Part shown: positions 28,041-36,812 of the stretch, piece after piece
How positions within the stretch are numbered: position 1 is the first letter of the stretch
Layout of the letters: each line of letters begins with the position of its first letter
Assembly: GCA_020344955.1 (NCBI GenBank)
Contig: CP070831.1
Span: forward strand, 2,372,479 to 2,416,871
Direction of reading: 5' to 3'
Source of the DNA: Promethearchaeota archaeon
Lineage (GTDB): Archaea > Asgardarchaeota > Lokiarchaeia > Sigyniarchaeales > SOKP01
DNA: 44,393 nucleotides
Made by a program: the position numbers and the translations under genes
The notes under the pieces: model-generated
Databases searched by the model: none
Told to the model about the DNA's origin: nothing
Seen by the model: only the letters and a program-made list of their open reading frames with translations

Positions 28041-28787
28041 CTAAAAATTGTGATCTGTTCTAATTTGATTTAATTTTAATTTACATTTACTACAAAAATC
28101 AGATGATTTATCATCAATTTCATTTACTCCTTTAGAAAATCGCATGACACATAAATAATTAACACAATGGGTTGAATCCATTATTATATGACCAATTTCA
28201 TGAATAACTTCTTTAATTACCCTCTCTTCAAAAAGATCTTGATTTTTATTTCTACCATAATATTGTTCTTTTAATTTTAATGATGAAACTACACAACATC
28301 GATGTTTTAAATTGGTTTCTCCAAATAAAAATAAAACATTATCATTACTACTTGAATAAATAGGAAGGTCTGTAATTGCAACTATCATTCCAAGCTTTTC
28401 TTCAATCCTTTTGTTAATTAAAACTTCATAGAATTTATTAGTAGGATGAATTTTAATTCTATCAGAAGATTTTTTCATTTCTCTATATTCTTTTTTCACA
28501 CCCTTAGAAAATATCTCAAAAGAAAAATTATGATCACCTAAATTCTTGATATTAAAGAAAAACGAATCATATACTTGATTTATTCTATGCTTAATTTTAA
28601 AAAAAAAATCGATATCAAAATCTCCAAAAAATAGAATTCCTAAATGACACGGTAAGATTAGTTTTTCCAATTTTTCATCTTTTAAATCAAAATCTGCTGA
28701 GTAAGAAATTCCTATTCGTGTAATTAATCTTTTTAATCTTTCCTTATATTTACGAATTTTTTGTTGATATTTTTGAAGTTTTGGCAT
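28041..28787 (-). CDS. amzA: archaemetzincin-like zinc metallopeptidase
   Basis: HEIGHIIMDSTHCVNYLCVM...(16 aa)...CSKC matches the archaemetzincin pattern HExxH...HC-x4-C-x-M...CxxC. Between HExxH and HC there is a Gly-to-Met change and one extra residue relative to the canonical motif as I remember it. Confidence 0.75.
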   Translation of the reverse strand: MPKLQKYQQKIRKYKERLKRLITRIGISYSADFDLKDEKLEKLILPCHLGILFFGDFDIDFFFKIKHRINQVYDSFFFNIKNLGDHNFSFEIFSKGVKKEYREMKKSSDRIKIHPTNKFYEVLINKRIEEKLGMIVAITDLPIYSSSNDNVLFLFGETNLKHRCCVVSSLKLKEQYYGRNKNQDLFEERVIKEVIHEIGHIIMDSTHCVNYLCVMRFSKGVNEIDDKSSDFCSKCKLKLNQIRTDHNF

Positions 28788-28931
28788 TATCAGAGTTTTA
28801 AAGGTAACTTTCTATAAGAAGTTTCTTTCCTATATTAAAATATTGAAAGATAAGGTTTGATTTTATTAATAATAGGTATTTAAGTCATTAATAATATTAT
28901 AAATTAGATTAATTAATTTTTACATAATAAC

Positions 28932-29990
28932 TTGTATACAAATATGACAGATTTACCAGAAAATTCAGATGAGCCAAATTTTTATGGAAATTTTGAACAA
29001 AATTCTTCAGATAAGAGAGATAATGATAAAGAAAAAATTAAGAAAGATTTTATCCCTCATTTCTTTCCAACTTATAGAATAAAAAGGCAGTTGTATCCTT
29101 TACCTATATTTTTTGTTGTTGCTATATCAGCAATTCTAGCGTATTTAACATATGTTGAAGCTGGAGTTCAAATAGATGGGGGATACATTCCAGAAAGCGA
29201 ATTTGGAGTATTAGGAGGGATTTTAAATGGTTTAATTTATACTGCATTAGCGGGAATCTCTGCATTTATCATAATTTTCATCATAAAAAGAAAAGGTATT
29301 GGTTTTTTAATGTATATTTTTGGTTTTAGTTTTGGATTAATAGGTTTTTTTCAAACCTGGTTTTTTGGAGAAATTGTGATATATTTATTGTTTCTAAATT
29401 CACCATCATTGTTCTATTTATTTTATTTTGAATTGATTTTCCTAGCAGCATTTTTTACAATTGTTATGCTTTATTTATATTTTACTTCAAAATCTATAAA
29501 AACAAAAAATTTTATAGTTTTGTATATAGGATTATTAATTGGGGCTTCGATGGGGGTTTTAATGCCCCTCTGGACTACTTTAGCTATTCTAATTGGAATT
29601 TCATGTTGGGATATTTTTGCTGTATTATATAAACATGGTCCAATCAAACAATTGATTGAGATTGCTTCAAATTCAGAAGAAGAAGATTATTCATCAGAAA
29701 AGGAAATAGAATTAAAAATTGATACTCGAGAATATGAATATGATACTTCAAAATTAGAGATAGGAATAGGTGATTTAGCTTTTTATAGTATGCTTACTTC
29801 TAGTGCCCTAGTCCAAACTAATAATCTAATAGTAATGGCTTTAACTGCACTTGCAATAATTTTAGGTACGGGAATTACTATCTCAGGTTTAAAAAGAAAT
29901 AAAATTTTACCTGGACTCCCTATTTCTATTTTTCTAGGGATTGGTATAATGTTACTCTCATGGTACCTTATTGCATCTTTTTTTGTTTAA
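28932..29990 (+). CDS. presenilin / signal-peptide-peptidase family intramembrane aspartyl protease
   Basis: SCWDIFAVLY parallels presenilin-1 VYDLVAVL. IGIGDLAFYS parallels LGLGDFIFYS (the GxGD motif). LPGLPISIF parallels LPALPISIT (the PAL motif). These sit within about 9 hydrophobic segments, with an acidic loop between the two Asp motifs. The start is TTG at 28932 or ATG at 28944. Confidence 0.88.
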   Translation: MYTNMTDLPENSDEPNFYGNFEQNSSDKRDNDKEKIKKDFIPHFFPTYRIKRQLYPLPIFFVVAISAILAYLTYVEAGVQIDGGYIPESEFGVLGGILNGLIYTALAGISAFIIIFIIKRKGIGFLMYIFGFSFGLIGFFQTWFFGEIVIYLLFLNSPSLFYLFYFELIFLAAFFTIVMLYLYFTSKSIKTKNFIVLYIGLLIGASMGVLMPLWTTLAILIGISCWDIFAVLYKHGPIKQLIEIASNSEEEDYSSEKEIELKIDTREYEYDTSKLEIGIGDLAFYSMLTSSALVQTNNLIVMALTALAIILGTGITISGLKRNKILPGLPISIFLGIGIMLLSWYLIASFFV

Positions 29991-30121
29991 TTGGAATTAA
30001 TTTTTTTTATAAAAATGTCTATTAATTTTAAAAATTGATTCTAAAAAGGATTTTAACAACAACTTTTATTAAATTCCTACCTTATTTAATTTGTAGACGA
30101 TAATAAAGTAAGGATGTTGAA

Positions 30122-31306
30122 ATGATTGATATTAGTAATTTTAAAGAATTTTCAGTAATAGGAGCTGGTACAATGGGTCGTGAAATTGCCCAAGTAGCAA
30201 TCATGTCTAATCAATTTGAACAAGTAAAGTTGTGGTCAAGAACTCAGAAAACTTTAGATAACGCAGCCAATTTTATTGAAACAGGTCTTAAAAAATTAGA
30301 AACTAAAGGTTTATTAGGAGAAAACTCTGTTAAAAATCTTTTAGAAAAATTAATTATAGAAAAAGATTTTAAAAAAGCTTCTAAAGCTGATTATATAGTT
30401 GAGTCAGTACCAGAATTCATGGATCTTAAACAGTCAATTTTCAAAAAATTGGGAGACTTTGCTCCAGAACATACAATATTAGCAACAAATACATCTACAA
30501 TGAGTATCACAGAAATAGCCTCTCCTTCTGGTAGGCCTGATAAAGTAGTTGGTATGCACTTTTTTATACCTATACCTGTGCTTGAATTGATAGAGCTTAT
30601 TAGAGGTAAAAAAACTTCCGATGAAACTTTTGAAATTAGTGCTACCATTGGTGAATCACTTCCATGCATAAGAGGAAAAAAATTTGTTGCGAGAATTGAA
30701 AAAGAAAGTCCGGGATTCATCGTTAATAGACTAACTATTGCTAGTGGAGCATATATAGATTGGTTAACTGATGTTGCGAAGGAAAAAGGAATTAAATGGA
30801 TAGATCTTAATGAAGATCTTGTTGTTCCAAATCAAATGGGGCTTTTAGCAAAAAGAGATTATTTAGGTCTAGATGTTATTCGGAATGCTGCTAAATATTT
30901 TGAAGAAAAAGTGTCTCCAGACTTTGCCACTGGAAAAACTTTAACCAAACTAATTAATCAAGGTAATTTAGGAAGAAAAACGGGAGAGGGTTTTCTTAAA
31001 TGGACCGAAGATGGAAGACCAATAACTCACGGAGCAAAAAAAGCAAACCTTGGGAACATGGAATGTTTTATGGCTCTTCAAATGAATGAAGGTTGCAGAC
31101 TTTTAGAAGAAGGAATTGTATCGAGTTATGAAACAATTGATAAAACTATGATAGCTGGAATGCGTTCACGTGGTCCATTCGAATTAGGAATCGATCGATA
31201 TAAAGAATGGTGCAAATTATTAGATGATTTTTCAGAAAATTCAGGTAAAAATTATTTTCGACCGACTAAATTAATGCAATCAGGAGATTTCATGAAATAT
31301 AAGTGA
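30122..31306 (+). CDS. 3-hydroxyacyl-CoA (3-hydroxybutyryl-CoA) dehydrogenase
   Basis: The NAD-binding motif is VIGAGTMGREIA. Also present are ATNTSTMSITEIA, VGMHFFIP and PGFIVNRL. A C-terminal dimerisation domain is present. Confidence 0.88.
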   Translation: MIDISNFKEFSVIGAGTMGREIAQVAIMSNQFEQVKLWSRTQKTLDNAANFIETGLKKLETKGLLGENSVKNLLEKLIIEKDFKKASKADYIVESVPEFMDLKQSIFKKLGDFAPEHTILATNTSTMSITEIASPSGRPDKVVGMHFFIPIPVLELIELIRGKKTSDETFEISATIGESLPCIRGKKFVARIEKESPGFIVNRLTIASGAYIDWLTDVAKEKGIKWIDLNEDLVVPNQMGLLAKRDYLGLDVIRNAAKYFEEKVSPDFATGKTLTKLINQGNLGRKTGEGFLKWTEDGRPITHGAKKANLGNMECFMALQMNEGCRLLEEGIVSSYETIDKTMIAGMRSRGPFELGIDRYKEWCKLLDDFSENSGKNYFRPTKLMQSGDFMKYK

Positions 31307-31406
31307 TATTTCAATAAATATTTTAAAGAAAAAAAGAAATATTAATTTTAATTTCTTTTTTACTACAAATGATAAAAAATTCCAAATCAATGTTAATGAA
31401 CTATAA

Positions 31407-31697
31407 ATGTCTGAAAATGAAGAAGCCCCCAAAACAGGATTAGAAAAAATTATAATTTATTTTAATGAAATTCTCGTAATAAATCATCCAATCGCTATTG
31501 CTAAAATTGTGGAAGATACAGGCTTTTCTTGGAGTTTTATTAAAAAATCTTTAGCTAAAATAGTTAATGAATATGAAGGATTTCATTTTGAAAAATCTGG
31601 AAACACATGGATTATCTGGAAAGACCGTGATCATTTAATAAAGAAACTTGATGAGACTTGTTCTAGTTTGTTAGATGACCCCAAAGATGGAGATTGA
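31407..31697 (+). CDS. small winged-helix-like protein (96 aa)
   Basis: The pattern is helix-turn-helix-wing. The helices are IAIAKIVEDTG and SWSFIKKSLAKIV, and the wing is the hairpin FHFEKSGNTWIIWK. The function is a guess. Confidence 0.5.
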   Translation: MSENEEAPKTGLEKIIIYFNEILVINHPIAIAKIVEDTGFSWSFIKKSLAKIVNEYEGFHFEKSGNTWIIWKDRDHLIKKLDETCSSLLDDPKDGD

Positions 31698-31816
31698 GGA
31701 TGTTTCATTAATTTTTAAAAGAAAATAGATTTTATTTATAAAATTTTCTATCTCCAACCTTTTAAAAAGATAGGCTCTCGCTTTATAATTAAAATTTGTA
31801 AAGTATAATAGATAGA

Positions 31817-31984
31817 ATGAGCCTTCAATTAGATTTTCTTTCTAAATTAAAATTATTTATTTGTCCTTTTGAAAATACATGTTCACTCCCAAAAAAGAAT
31901 TTTTTGTGTAAAATCCCGGAGTGTAAAAACTGTACAGATTATCTTGAAAAGTTAAAAGAACTTAAGAAAAGAACCCTCTATTAG
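31817..31984 (+). CDS. small Cys-rich protein (55 aa), below the ORF-track cutoff
   Basis: My own translation is MSLQLDFLSKLKLFICPFENTCSLPKKNFLCKIPECKNCTDYLEKLKELKKRTLY*. It has five Cys residues spaced C-x5-C-x9-C-x4-C-x2-C. Confidence 0.35.
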   Translation: MSLQLDFLSKLKLFICPFENTCSLPKKNFLCKIPECKNCTDYLEKLKELKKRTLY

Positions 31985-32020
31985 GATTTTAATTCTCTCA
32001 AATTTTGATTAGGAGATCAT

Positions 32021-32251
32021 TTAGAAATATAACCTGCAACGTATACTTAGAAGATCCTCTCTGCCTAATGAAAAAACATTATACTCTCGTTCTTTTCTAA
32101 AATGGGGTTTAACGGATAAGATATCCTCTATAACTCTAAAAAATATTCTGTTATCTTTTATCCATAAGTGATCTACCATTATGTTAATTTCGTCTTTTAT
32201 ACCTGTACTATAGATTTGAAAAGCTGAAAGAGATTTTAATTTAGTCTCCAT
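32021..32251 (-). CDS. hypothetical small protein (76 aa)
   Basis: This is an ATG-initiated ORF in an otherwise ORF-poor 0.8-kb region, and it contains no motif. It may not be expressed. Confidence 0.3.
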   Translation of the reverse strand: METKLKSLSAFQIYSTGIKDEINIMVDHLWIKDNRIFFRVIEDILSVKPHFRKEREYNVFSLGREDLLSIRCRLYF

Positions 32252-32440
32252 ATTTTTATATTAATCAATATGGATTTAAACTACAGTATTTAAAAGAGAT
32301 TGAATTTAAAGAAAAATTTTTGAGATTTATATCTTTATTAATTTTTGTCCCCCTCCTCCCATAAAGACAATCATAAATTATTCAATTATTTTTATATTTA
32401 AGTTCCACTAATTCTAATGGTCCTATAAAAAACCTTTTTA

Positions 32441-32477
32441 TTAGTGTGATATTTCATTTAGTGTGAAATTTCACACT
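32441..32477. promoter_or_regulatory. tandem TTAGTGTGA(T/A)ATTTCA repeat ending in the perfect 18-bp palindrome AGTGTGAAATTTCACACT (32460-32477); candidate operator
   Basis: Read directly; the palindrome equals its own reverse complement. It lies 31 nt upstream of the FrhB-like ATG and about 30-50 nt downstream of a TATAAAAAA element at 32424-32432. That places it over the expected transcription start. Confidence 0.45.
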
Positions 32478-32507
32478 TATACAAAATAAGTTATGTGGTT
32501 AAACTAA

Positions 32508-33452
32508 ATGAAAATTGAAAAATCAAGCCAAGATCTCGAAAATGAAGTAATTTATGCAGGTTTATGTATCCACTGTGGAAGTTGCAATGCTTTTTGTCCA
32601 CATATGGATTTTAACAAAGAAACTGGAGAAGCTTATGTTGTTGATGAATGTGCTGAAACCGTAGGTCTCTGTTACAATTCTTGTCCAAGAAGTTTTCTTC
32701 CCTTATCTGAAATTGAACAGAAATTATTTGGTAAAACTCGTATTGATCTAGCTGTTGGAGTATATAACGATATAATTCAAGTAAAATCAAAAAATAAAGA
32801 TGATCTTTTATACAACTTAGTAGTTGCTGCTTTTGAATCTGGAATTGTAAAACACATGGTTTTAAGTGAAGTTAAAAGTAAAAAACCTCCTATGGCATTT
32901 CCGGTTGTTGTAGATAACCTAAAAGACGCTAAGCAGTATATACCAAAAGCCACAATGGAAAATGCAGGACCATTAGTAACAGGTATAGGACAAGCCTATA
33001 AAGACTATAAAAGAGACATCGGAATTCTTGCTAATCCTTGCCATATCCAAGGCTTAGCTAAAATTCTTACTTCTGACTTTAACACTGGAGCAGAACGTAC
33101 TTCATTAAGAATAGCATATGCTTGTTCATCGGGTGGTATGACTGGGTGTAAATATTGTACTGATTTCTCAGGAGAATTTTCAGATATTTCCTTCTCACCG
33201 TGGGGCGCTCCAAAAGGATCTGGAGAAGCATTTCTTATAATTAGAACAGATATTGGTCAAAAACTGGTTGATGCGGCTGTTAAGAAAAAATTAATTGAAA
33301 TTACAAATCCAAATCCAGATTTATCTGAAATGAAAAAATTCTTAAATAAGAAACGTAAAAAGAATTTCTTAACTCTCCTTGGAAAAGATTTAATAAAAGC
33401 TAAATATTTAGATCTAAATATTGAGGAGATAAAAGATATTCTTGAAGATTAA
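32508..33452 (+). CDS. coenzyme F420 hydrogenase/dehydrogenase beta-subunit (FrhB/FdhB/FpoF) family protein
   Basis: The N-terminus has ferredoxin-type Cys motifs, CIHCGSCNAFCP and CYNSCP. The FrhB-like body follows, with GILANPCHIQGL and YACSSGG. Confidence 0.78.
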   Translation: MKIEKSSQDLENEVIYAGLCIHCGSCNAFCPHMDFNKETGEAYVVDECAETVGLCYNSCPRSFLPLSEIEQKLFGKTRIDLAVGVYNDIIQVKSKNKDDLLYNLVVAAFESGIVKHMVLSEVKSKKPPMAFPVVVDNLKDAKQYIPKATMENAGPLVTGIGQAYKDYKRDIGILANPCHIQGLAKILTSDFNTGAERTSLRIAYACSSGGMTGCKYCTDFSGEFSDISFSPWGAPKGSGEAFLIIRTDIGQKLVDAAVKKKLIEITNPNPDLSEMKKFLNKKRKKNFLTLLGKDLIKAKYLDLNIEEIKDILED

Positions 33453-33548
33453 ATAAACTTATTTATCATTTTCTTTCTAATAATTTTTTATTTTCCTATT
33501 CAAAGATTGAATAAAACTCGTAGATTTTGCTTAAAAGTAGATCTTTTT

Positions 33549-34079
33549 TTAATTGACAATTTGTTTTTTTTTTAAAATTAACCGAGTTAATGTTTCAAAA
33601 ATTATTTTTGTGTTTTCACCACTTTTAGAAGATGTTTCAAAAAGATAGTCCAATTTGTATTCTTCTTTAAATTTTTCAGCATTATAAGTTTGCACACTTC
33701 TTCTAATATCTGCTAGATCGAGCTTTTCTCCAACTAGAATAAAAACTGGATTATCAGCATTGTTTTTTACAATATTATACCACTCGTCTAAAGAATCAAA
33801 ACTTGTCCTACGAGTGATATCATAACAGAGTAAACATCCAATTGCTCCTCTAGAATAGTTTGGAAGAAAAAGTCTGAAACGTCTTTCCCCTGCGAAGTCC
33901 CAAATCTGTAATCTAACGTTTATTTTGTCAATATCGATATCATAAGTTGCTAAATCCGTACCAATTGTTATTTTCTGAGGAATGAATTGTCCTGTCGTTA
34001 ATCTCTGAACCATGGTGCTTTTACCCACCCCACCATCACCTACAACAACAACTTTAAAGAGCATTTTTCTCTTTGCCAT
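33549..34079 (-). CDS. Rab/Ras-like small GTPase with atypical G3 and G4 motifs
   Basis: G1 is VVVVGDGGVGKST, switch I is TIGTD, G3 is IWDFAGERRF, G4 is VGEKLD and G5 is ETSSKSG. I place the start at ATG 34079 (MAKRKMLFKVVVVG). The ORF track's GTG at 34154 would add a 25-aa hydrophobic N-terminus and overlap the upstream gene by 8 nt. Confidence 0.85.
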   Translation of the reverse strand: MAKRKMLFKVVVVGDGGVGKSTMVQRLTTGQFIPQKITIGTDLATYDIDIDKINVRLQIWDFAGERRFRLFLPNYSRGAIGCLLCYDITRRTSFDSLDEWYNIVKNNADNPVFILVGEKLDLADIRRSVQTYNAEKFKEEYKLDYLFETSSKSGENTKIIFETLTRLILKKKQIVN

Positions 34080-34146
34080 GGTCCAGAAGTTCCTCATTTT
34101 AAGAAATAATAATGATAATAAAATAAATGATGAGTTTAATAAATTT

Positions 34147-35031
34147 TTATTCACTCTTCAAATGTTCTTTTATTTTGTTATTCAAAACTTTAACGTTTTC
34201 TATTATTTTTATTTGTATATTCCTAGGAAAAGTTTTAATAAGTTCATATATCGTATCTACTCTAAAATTATTCACAGCCTTATAAATATAAATTAAGAGA
34301 AGAATAGTTAAAGATGGTGAAATAATAAGAAAACCATAGAGCATACAAGATAATGTTATTATTTGATACCCTGGAAGTGTTAATTCTATACTAAAAGAAT
34401 CAAGACCTATAGAAAAAATCAAAATTATATCTAAAATGTTTAAACCAATAAAAACTGATAGTGATGTGAAAGAAACTAACTTAAAATTTTTTGGATTTAA
34501 AAATGAAATTAAATTATTTAAATCACTTGCAAATTGAGATTTAAAGTCTTGTGTTAAATTATCTCCTTGATCTTTCTTTAAAATCTCTATCTTTGAATAT
34601 TTCCATAAATCAATAAAAATCCAGAAAAAGCTAAATGTATAAATGAAAATAAGAATTCCAAAGAAAAACATAGCATACCAATGGACTATATGAGGATTAT
34701 ACAGTGATTCCGCTCCTAACCAGAATATTAGAATTAATTGAAAAATCGCACAAAAAAATAGTCGATTTGCATGTTTTTTTTCTAAACCTAAAGGATTATA
34801 TAGAATTATACTATTTTTAAATTCAGTCCGTCTCCTATTAGTACTAAGAATCCTAAAAAATATAGAAAATATGAAATTAACTAAGGGAAACAATAACGGT
34901 AAGATATTATTCCATCGTTGAATAACAACTAATACAAAAAGAAATATGAATAAAAGAATATCTCGTAGTAAAATTTCGGAAAATAACTCTTTTATTGAGA
35001 GATATTGATGTTTATTATTTTTTTCTTTCAT
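34147..35031 (-). CDS. multi-pass membrane protein (about 6 TM), unknown function, immediately upstream of the Rab-like GTPase
   Basis: Hydrophobic segments include ILLFIFLFVLVVI, LLFPLVNFIFSIFF, FFCAIFQLILIFWLG, AMFFFGILIFIYTFSFFWIFI, LSVFIGLNILDIILIFSIG and CMLYGFLIISPSLTILLLIYIY. The C-terminal roughly 45 aa look soluble. The start is ATG. Confidence 0.7.
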   Translation of the reverse strand: MKEKNNKHQYLSIKELFSEILLRDILLFIFLFVLVVIQRWNNILPLLFPLVNFIFSIFFRILSTNRRRTEFKNSIILYNPLGLEKKHANRLFFCAIFQLILIFWLGAESLYNPHIVHWYAMFFFGILIFIYTFSFFWIFIDLWKYSKIEILKKDQGDNLTQDFKSQFASDLNNLISFLNPKNFKLVSFTSLSVFIGLNILDIILIFSIGLDSFSIELTLPGYQIITLSCMLYGFLIISPSLTILLLIYIYKAVNNFRVDTIYELIKTFPRNIQIKIIENVKVLNNKIKEHLKSE

Positions 35032-35166
35032 TTTTTTATTAAAATATACGCTACAAATAAATTTTTATTATTTTCAAATATCAATTTTAAAGTAAAATTA
35101 ATAATTTTAATTCTTTAATTAAAGCCTAAAAAATAATCTATACATTATTTAAGAAAAAAAGAGTTT

Positions 35167-35188
35167 ATTATTATTTTATTATTATTTT
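35167..35188. repeat. two perfect tandem copies of ATTATTATTTT
   Basis: Read directly in the gcvT upstream region. It is a low-complexity AT repeat. Confidence 0.6.
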
Positions 35189-35210
35189 ATATATCTCAAA
35201 CACATTAATA

Positions 35211-36329
35211 ATGTATTTATGTGTAGATATTATGAATACTGAACAACTCGAAATAAAAAAAACAGCCCTTCATGATATTCATTTAAGTCTTGGTGCACGA
35301 ATGATTAATTTTGCTGGATGGCAGATGCCAGTTCAATATGAGAGCATAATAAAGGAGCATAATGCTGTACGCTCTAACGCTGGTATCTTTGACATCTCAC
35401 ACATGGGAGAATTTCTTCTCGAAGGTAAAGATGTGATAAGCTTCCTCCAATATATTATGATAAATGATTTAAATTTATTAGAACCTTCTAAGGGTCAATA
35501 TTCTTGTATGTGTTATGACAATGGGACGGTTGTAGACGATCTTGTATATTATGAGGAAAATCCAGACCGGTTTAGAATGATTGTTAATGCTGGTAATATA
35601 GATAAAGATTTAAAATGGTTAAATGACCATATAGGAAATTATCATGTAGAGATTACTAACCTATCAACTAAAAGAACTCGTGTAGCATTTCAAGGACCAA
35701 AAGCAGATGATTATCTTCAACCACTTGTAGATGTAGATTTATCTAAGATAAATAGATTTTATTTTGCTCATTGTAACTTAAATAATAAACCAATCTTTAT
35801 TGCACGAACAGGGTATACTGGTGAAAAAGGTTTTGAAATGTCTTTTGATAACAATTTTGCTATAGAAGTATGGAATGATTTGAGAAAAACTGGTGCATTA
35901 CCCGCAGGGCTAGGAGCAAGAGATTCTTTAAGGCTAGAAGCCTGTTATTCGCTATACGGTCATGAAATAAGTGATTCCATTACTGCTATCGAGGCAGGGC
36001 TTAGTTGGTTAGCGAAGCCTAAGGAAGGTATAGATTACATTGGAAAAAAAATTCTTTTACAACAGAAAGCTGAAGGGACAGAAAGAGTTTTAGTTGGAAT
36101 TAATTTGATTGATAGGGGCATTCTTAGAGAGAATTATAAAATCTATAAAGATAGTGATGAAATTGGATTTATTACATCCGGTGGATATTCTCCAACTCTT
36201 GGAAAAACTATAGGGTTAGGACTAATAAAAAACCAATATAAAGAAGTTGGTGCAGAAATTAAAATCGAAATTCGAAATAAACTCTTAAGAGGAAAAGTAG
36301 TATCTACACCATTTTACCGGAATGTGTAA
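35211..36329 (+). CDS. gcvT: glycine cleavage system T protein (aminomethyltransferase)
   Basis: KKTALHDIHLSLGARMINFAGWQMPVQY, AGIFDISHMGEF, TGYTGEKGFE and LGARDSLRLEA are canonical GcvT blocks. The true start may be the ATG at 35232 (MNTEQ...). Confidence 0.95.
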   Translation: MYLCVDIMNTEQLEIKKTALHDIHLSLGARMINFAGWQMPVQYESIIKEHNAVRSNAGIFDISHMGEFLLEGKDVISFLQYIMINDLNLLEPSKGQYSCMCYDNGTVVDDLVYYEENPDRFRMIVNAGNIDKDLKWLNDHIGNYHVEITNLSTKRTRVAFQGPKADDYLQPLVDVDLSKINRFYFAHCNLNNKPIFIARTGYTGEKGFEMSFDNNFAIEVWNDLRKTGALPAGLGARDSLRLEACYSLYGHEISDSITAIEAGLSWLAKPKEGIDYIGKKILLQQKAEGTERVLVGINLIDRGILRENYKIYKDSDEIGFITSGGYSPTLGKTIGLGLIKNQYKEVGAEIKIEIRNKLLRGKVVSTPFYRNV

Positions 36330-36362
36330 AAACAATAATAAATATCTAAGATTAAGTGAAAG

Positions 36363-36755
36363 TTGATGGACTACGAATTTCCGATTGATCTAAAATATAC
36401 TGCTACCCACGAATGGGTAAAAGTTGAAGATGCAGTTGCTACTGTTGGAATAACCGATTATGCTCAGCATCAATTAGGTGATATTGTATTTGTAGAACTT
36501 CCTGAAATTGGTATGGTTTTTGAAAGAGGAAGTAATGCTGCAGAAATTGAATCAGTAAAAGCTGTTGGGGATTTAATCATGCCACTTTCAGGGGAAATTA
36601 TTCATGTAAACGAAGATTTAGCAGAGAATCCAGAACTTATTAATTCTTCTCCATTTGGCGAGGGATGGATAATTAAGATAACCTTTTCTCACCCAAATGA
36701 AATGGACGAACTTCTTTCTATTGAAAAATACAAAAATATAACTCAAAACGAGTAA
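36363..36755 (+). CDS. gcvH: glycine cleavage system H protein (lipoyl carrier)
   Basis: YTATHEWV is present, as is the lipoyl-lysine motif EIESVKAVGD and PFGEGWIIK. The TTG at 36363 is followed immediately by an ATG at 36366, which is the more likely start. Confidence 0.95.
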   Translation: MMDYEFPIDLKYTATHEWVKVEDAVATVGITDYAQHQLGDIVFVELPEIGMVFERGSNAAEIESVKAVGDLIMPLSGEIIHVNEDLAENPELINSSPFGEGWIIKITFSHPNEMDELLSIEKYKNITQNE

Positions 36756-36812
36756 CTTTAAAATTTTTTTCTTTATTGTTTTAATTAATTTCTAAATAAC
36801 TTTATAATTGGG

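Noticed and set aside
32341-32367. The C-rich tract TTGTCCCCCTCCTCCCATAAAGACAA, with 5-nt inverted ends (TTGTC/GACAA), considered as a possible RNA hairpin or G-rich element on the minus strand.
   Set aside because: The stem is only 5 bp with a loop of about 17 nt. There is no second copy and no obvious link to a transcription unit.
35032-35210. A glycine riboswitch or other structured leader upstream of gcvT.
   Set aside because: The region is almost pure A and T with no GC-paired helices. Glycine riboswitches are bacterial. The only feature is a trivial 2 x 11-nt AT repeat.
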